Shown piece by piece: positions 60,546 to 64,000 of a stretch of 64,000 nt of DNA. A program made the translations under genes and the position numbers. Source of the stretch: Bacillota bacterium (GTDB lineage Bacteria > Bacillota > Clostridia > Christensenellales > CAG-138); assembly GCA_023399275.1 (NCBI GenBank), contig JAEWQH010000117.1, positions 2,943 through 66,942 on the forward strand, read 5' to 3'. The notes under the pieces are model-generated. The model made no database searches. It saw only the letters and a list, made by a program, of their open reading frames with translations, and was not told where the DNA came from. The first letter of the stretch is position 1. Every line of letters begins with the position of its first letter.

Positions 60546-61553
60546 TCATATGTTTTCTCGTCCCTTTACAGCGGAGGGCTTTCCATCGTACAACCGGTGC
60601 AGCGTTTCCCATTCCGGTGCAGCGGCGCGCAGCGCATCGAAGGCAGGCATGGAATAACCCGGCGCGTCTTCCCGAAGCCTGTGAAAAGCCGCGTCAAGCC
60701 CCTCCATCTCGGTAACGGCGTGGCGGCAGTGGTCGGATGCCGCCAACTCACCCACGGCGGTTTTGGCCATAAGCCCAAGCAGCGCGGACATGAAAGCGCG
60801 CTTCCCGCCGGACGCATAATACGCCTCATCTCCATCGGGCAACACGGGAATATCCAGCACGCGCAAAAGGCCGCAGGCTTCTCCCGCCGCGTCCAGCACC
60901 AGCCTGCGCTGAGACCGGGTTGTTTTTCGCAGGTCACAATCCACGGCATAGCACAGATACGCCACCGGCAGGATCAGCGTCAGATGCGTCTTATACCAGC
61001 CGTCCATATCCCGCACCCAGGTCAGGCGGTACTTTGTCCCCGCAAACAGGGTGGTGATTGCCGCCTTTTCGGCCGCACTCGCCTCCCGGTGAAGCCCGCC
61101 CAGACTCATGGAGCCGCCGCGGAAACGCACGCAGTGGATCATGCCGCCCTCCCGTCTTCCGGCGGTACCCTGAAAGCCAAACAGAACGGTCTTCGGCGTC
61201 TTCGTTTTGGCGAGTATGCGTGCTTCGCACGCCGGAGCGGACATATTGTTGCCCACCAGCACCACAAGGGGCGTGTTCACGGCAGCCAGGTCATCCAGAA
61301 TGTCCGCCATCTGCTGGTGCTGCATAACGGCAAACACCGCGTCATACCGCGCGCCGGACGGCACAGTTTCCAGAATTTTGGGATCATCTACCGTTGTTTT
61401 GCGCTGAAGCCGGTGCCGGATGACCAGCCCGTTTTGCATGAGGGCATCCTTCCACGTACCCCGGGCCAGCAGGGAAACGTCCTGTCCCGCCGCACACAGC
61501 GTATGGGCGAGATATCCGCCAATGACCCCCGCACCATAAACGAGAACCTCCAT
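60546..61553 (-). CDS. ketopantoate reductase (ApbA/PanE) family oxidoreductase
   Basis: It has a MEVLVYGAGVIGGYLA Rossmann motif. AAGAGGA lies 6 nt before the ATG at 61553. Confidence 0.7.
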   Translation of the reverse strand: MEVLVYGAGVIGGYLAHTLCAAGQDVSLLARGTWKDALMQNGLVIRHRLQRKTTVDDPKILETVPSGARYDAVFAVMQHQQMADILDDLAAVNTPLVVLVGNNMSAPACEARILAKTKTPKTVLFGFQGTAGRREGGMIHCVRFRGGSMSLGGLHREASAAEKAAITTLFAGTKYRLTWVRDMDGWYKTHLTLILPVAYLCYAVDCDLRKTTRSQRRLVLDAAGEACGLLRVLDIPVLPDGDEAYYASGGKRAFMSALLGLMAKTAVGELAASDHCRHAVTEMEGLDAAFHRLREDAPGYSMPAFDALRAAAPEWETLHRLYDGKPSAVKGRENI

Positions 61554-61591
61554 GTTTCGTCCTCTTTCCGAGGCATTTTGCCCCTTCGTTA

Positions 61592-62419
61592 TCATTTGAA
61601 TTCTATCTGAATGATCTGGGCGAGACGGCTCCGGTCAAAAAACCGGAACAGCCCGCGGATCAAAGGACTCCAGCGCCTGTCTAGGGGCCGGTAACCCGAG
61701 AGGTAGTTTTTTCGCGTGACCTTTTTGAAGCGCTCCGACCAGAGGGGCAGCTCCCGCTCCGCGTCCCGAACGCTGAAAAAGGCCCCGACCTTATCCATCT
61801 GCGCCGCCTTGAGCCAGGTTTTGCGCATAAGGCGCACGCCGAGCGGCGAAGTCGCGTCAAAAGCGATCCGTCCGCCGGGAAAGCGCTCCGCCATCGCGCA
61901 AAGGAGCCTGGCAATCTGATCTGTTTGAAAGTAATAGAACACCCCGGCTGCGATGAACACCGCCCCGTCCTCCGGGCAAAAGTCCAGTGCGTCGAACCAG
62001 GCCGTATCCGCCAGATCGCAGGGTACGTTTTGTTCCCGCTCTCCGGGAGACAGCAGTTCGTTTCGTGCGGCAATGACGTCGGGCAGGTCGAGATTATAGC
62101 CCTTTGCACCGCCGTTGTCCACCTGGGAAAAGCTGGTGTCCAGCCCGCAGCCCAGATTCACCACGCAGGCACGGGGATGCGCATCCAGATAATCCCGAAT
62201 TTCGCAGCACAGGTCGTATTGGCGAATGCCTCCCTGGAGCGCTCCGAACAAGGGCATTTTCTTTCCGTTTGCCGCAAAGTCATAGTCGATGCTGTCAATC
62301 AGCGTTTGACACGCCGGGTCTGAAAACAAGTCCGGATATCGGTCCATGCAGATTTTCCGGGCGTAGAGCGGGATGACCAACGTCTCCTGCACGGTGTTTT
62401 TTTCGATAGAATGCTTCAT
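61592..62419 (-). CDS. class I SAM-dependent methyltransferase, TcmP/LCM-like
   Basis: The sequence reads TLVIPLYARK...VVNLGCGLDT...YNLDLPDV. GGGAGA precedes the ATG at 62419. Confidence 0.7.
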   Translation of the reverse strand: MKHSIEKNTVQETLVIPLYARKICMDRYPDLFSDPACQTLIDSIDYDFAANGKKMPLFGALQGGIRQYDLCCEIRDYLDAHPRACVVNLGCGLDTSFSQVDNGGAKGYNLDLPDVIAARNELLSPGEREQNVPCDLADTAWFDALDFCPEDGAVFIAAGVFYYFQTDQIARLLCAMAERFPGGRIAFDATSPLGVRLMRKTWLKAAQMDKVGAFFSVRDAERELPLWSERFKKVTRKNYLSGYRPLDRRWSPLIRGLFRFFDRSRLAQIIQIEFK

Positions 62420-62432
62420 TTCGTTTCTCCCT

Positions 62433-63200
62433 TCAATGGCCGCAGCAGGCACGGATCTCCGAAGCCCACTTTTCCGGATAGCAGACCCGCAGTTCTTCGT
62501 GCTGCAGGCAAACCCGCCGGATGTCCGGGCCTTTAAAATGCTTCTGGTAGCGCGCCAGATACTTCTCGCCCATCTTTTCCGCGTAAAAGCAATGAACTGT
62601 GGTGCCGGGGACGGAAATATGCTCCTCGACGGGCGTCACAAGGTCGGAGTAAAACTGGTTGTACACGCTCTGCTTTTTCACGAAAGCCATACCGCCGTCT
62701 CCGGTAAACAACCGGAGGAATTTTTCGGCGTATTCCCGCTCTTCTGGGGCCTTCTGGCAATTCGCCTTTGCATCCAGCCGGGCAGCTTTCCCGCGTGCAG
62801 GATGTTGCCCGGCATGCCCGCCATGATGCCGCTCTTGAGTTGAGCCGTGCGGCCTGTCTCCTGATCCAGGTCGGAGCTGCCGAGCATAGCGTAGTCGATC
62901 CGAATGTTCCCGCGCTGCACCAGCAGGCCTACAAAACTCCCGCCCAGCGAGCAGCCGTAGGTGGCGTGTATCCGCCCGTCCAAGCGCTCTGTAATATATG
63001 CTTCAATTTTTGCCGTCTCCGTCAACATATCGGAAAAACGGTATCTTCCGACTCGTCAAACCCGTCTTAGTTCGCACAAATCGCGTGGAAGTCCGGTTCC
63101 AGCAGGGGCAGGACCTCCCCGAAGTTGGCCCGCCAGTGGCAGCAGGTACCGGGCAAAAGAAGGATAACCGGCAGTTCGGAAGCGCCTGATTCATAGAATT
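62433..63200 (-). pseudogene. alpha/beta hydrolase, disrupted (one nonsense codon and at least two frameshifts)
   Basis: The homologous reading is split over three frames. The first reads FYESGASELPVILLLPGTCCHWRANFGEVLPLLEPDFHAICAN, then a TAA at 63067-63069, then DGFDESEDTVFP. The second reads MLTETAKIEAY...GCSLGG (the GxSxG nucleophile elbow). The third reads EEEREYAEKFLRLFTGDGGMAFVKK...LQHEEL. No usable start codon is in frame. Confidence 0.7.
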
Positions 63201-63205
63201 TCGTT

Positions 63206-63820
63206 TTATGCCTCCTGTTTGTTCGCTGTCAGCGCAATCCATCCCGCGCTGTTTCGGCTAAGATGCACCGCAGCGAAGCCTGCTTGCTCCAGTCTGGCCT
63301 GCAAATCATCCCCGCCATAAATCGTCATTCCGTCGATGAGGCTTGGCCATCTGGTATCGGCCGTATCTTCCGACTCGCAGACCAGCAGAAGCTGCCCGCC
63401 GGGCTTCAGAACCCGCAGGATTTCCCGAAAGCCTTTGTCCGGATCCGGCCAGAAATACACCGTCTCAAAGGCCGTGACCAGGTCGAAGGAATGCGCCTCA
63501 TAGGGCAGTGCACCCACATCCCCCTGGCGAATGTCACAGCGATCGCCCAGCTCGGCGGCATTTTTCTTTCGGCTGAAAGCGACGCTCTCCGCTGAATAAT
63601 CGATGCCGTCCACAAAGCCCTTCGGGCAGAGGCGAAGCAGCCGGGCGACGTTCGCGCCGCCGCCGCAGCCCACATCCAGCACGCGGGCGTCCGGCGCGGG
63701 ATGGATCTGCGACAGGCCCCAGTTCGACAGCGGCGTGTGGCCGCCGTTCATGGTGCGCAGCATCAGGCGGCCAAGAAAGCCGGTTGGTTTTCGAGTGTTT
63801 TGAAAGAATTTTCGCAGCAT
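63206..63820 (-). CDS. class I SAM-dependent methyltransferase (Methyltransf_11/25-like)
   Basis: It has VLDVGCGGGAN (motif I), and the blocks DLVTAFETVYFW and LKPGGQLLL. AAAGGAGA precedes the ATG. Confidence 0.85.
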   Translation of the reverse strand: MLRKFFQNTRKPTGFLGRLMLRTMNGGHTPLSNWGLSQIHPAPDARVLDVGCGGGANVARLLRLCPKGFVDGIDYSAESVAFSRKKNAAELGDRCDIRQGDVGALPYEAHSFDLVTAFETVYFWPDPDKGFREILRVLKPGGQLLLVCESEDTADTRWPSLIDGMTIYGGDDLQARLEQAGFAAVHLSRNSAGWIALTANKQEA

Positions 63821-63836
63821 TGGTCATTCTCCTTTT

Positions 63837-64000
63837 TACAGTGGGCAAACTGCGCCAGAATCCGCACCCCAGGCGACAGCAGGAGTCGGGCGCAGCAGGA
63901 TACGCAAAATCAGCGAGAGAGTACCGGCTGGCAGCAGCAAACTGAGACCGAGCAGCAGTGTCAGCAGCGCAGCGGCCAGGGCAAGGCCCATCACGTTTTT
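63837..64000 (-). CDS. C-terminal end of a membrane protein (5' end outside the window)
   Basis: Manual translation gives ...KNVMGLALAAALLTLLLGLSLLLPAGTLSLILRILLRPTPAVAWGADSGAVCPL, with the stop at 63837-63839. The sequence is hydrophobic, and the stop lies next to the RBS of the following gene. Confidence 0.4.

Noticed and set aside
58945-63840. A possible genomic island integrated at tRNA-Thr, given accessory-looking genes, a pseudogene and a patch of lower GC.
   Set aside because: There is no integrase, recombinase or transposase. I could not find a direct repeat of the tRNA 3' end downstream. The genes are in ordinary operon organisation.

Overview
The window is a 64 kb, roughly 60% GC chromosomal segment. 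The gene content points to a high-GC member of the Clostridia: a glgBCDA operon that includes glgD, a PHP-type CpsB phosphatase, a LoaP-like NusG paralog, ECF and BioY vitamin-uptake components, a sortase, and CCA-encoding tRNAs. This taxonomic call is inference from gene content only. I support about 55 CDS, 6 tRNAs (a Val-Asp-Phe-Gly-Cys cluster plus a single Thr), one candidate glmS ribozyme, two NrdR boxes, several near-consensus sigma-A promoters, many intrinsic terminators, and one multiply disrupted pseudogene. I found no rRNA, CRISPR array, transposase, integrase or obvious defence system. Most of the window is housekeeping: glmS, glycogen synthesis, class II ribonucleotide reductase, dapF, hom, rpmB, trmL, birA-bioY and alaX. 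The parts worth a second look are:
- A MarR / serine-palmitoyltransferase-like oxoamine synthase / SDR cassette (52.1-54.7 kb), which suggests synthesis of a sphingoid-type amino-alcohol lipid base in a Firmicute.
- A single ORF fusing an ECF S-component to a type II pantothenate kinase (56.1-57.4 kb).
- Two loci, 36 kb apart, that each pair a large polytopic membrane protein with one of two paralogous leucine-rich-repeat lipoproteins. The second membrane protein is GT-C/PMT-like and its lipoprotein has a Pro/Thr-rich tail.
- A LoaP-headed capsule-regulatory operon with a long leader. It runs into a candidate glmS ribozyme and two terminator-like hairpins just before glmS.
- A roughly 390 nt non-coding island enclosed by back-to-back terminators next to the tRNA cluster.
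- A GPH symporter with a roughly 165 aa insertion in its last external loop.
Many very long ORFs in the supplied track, up to 773 aa, are antisense artefacts of the high GC content and were rejected.
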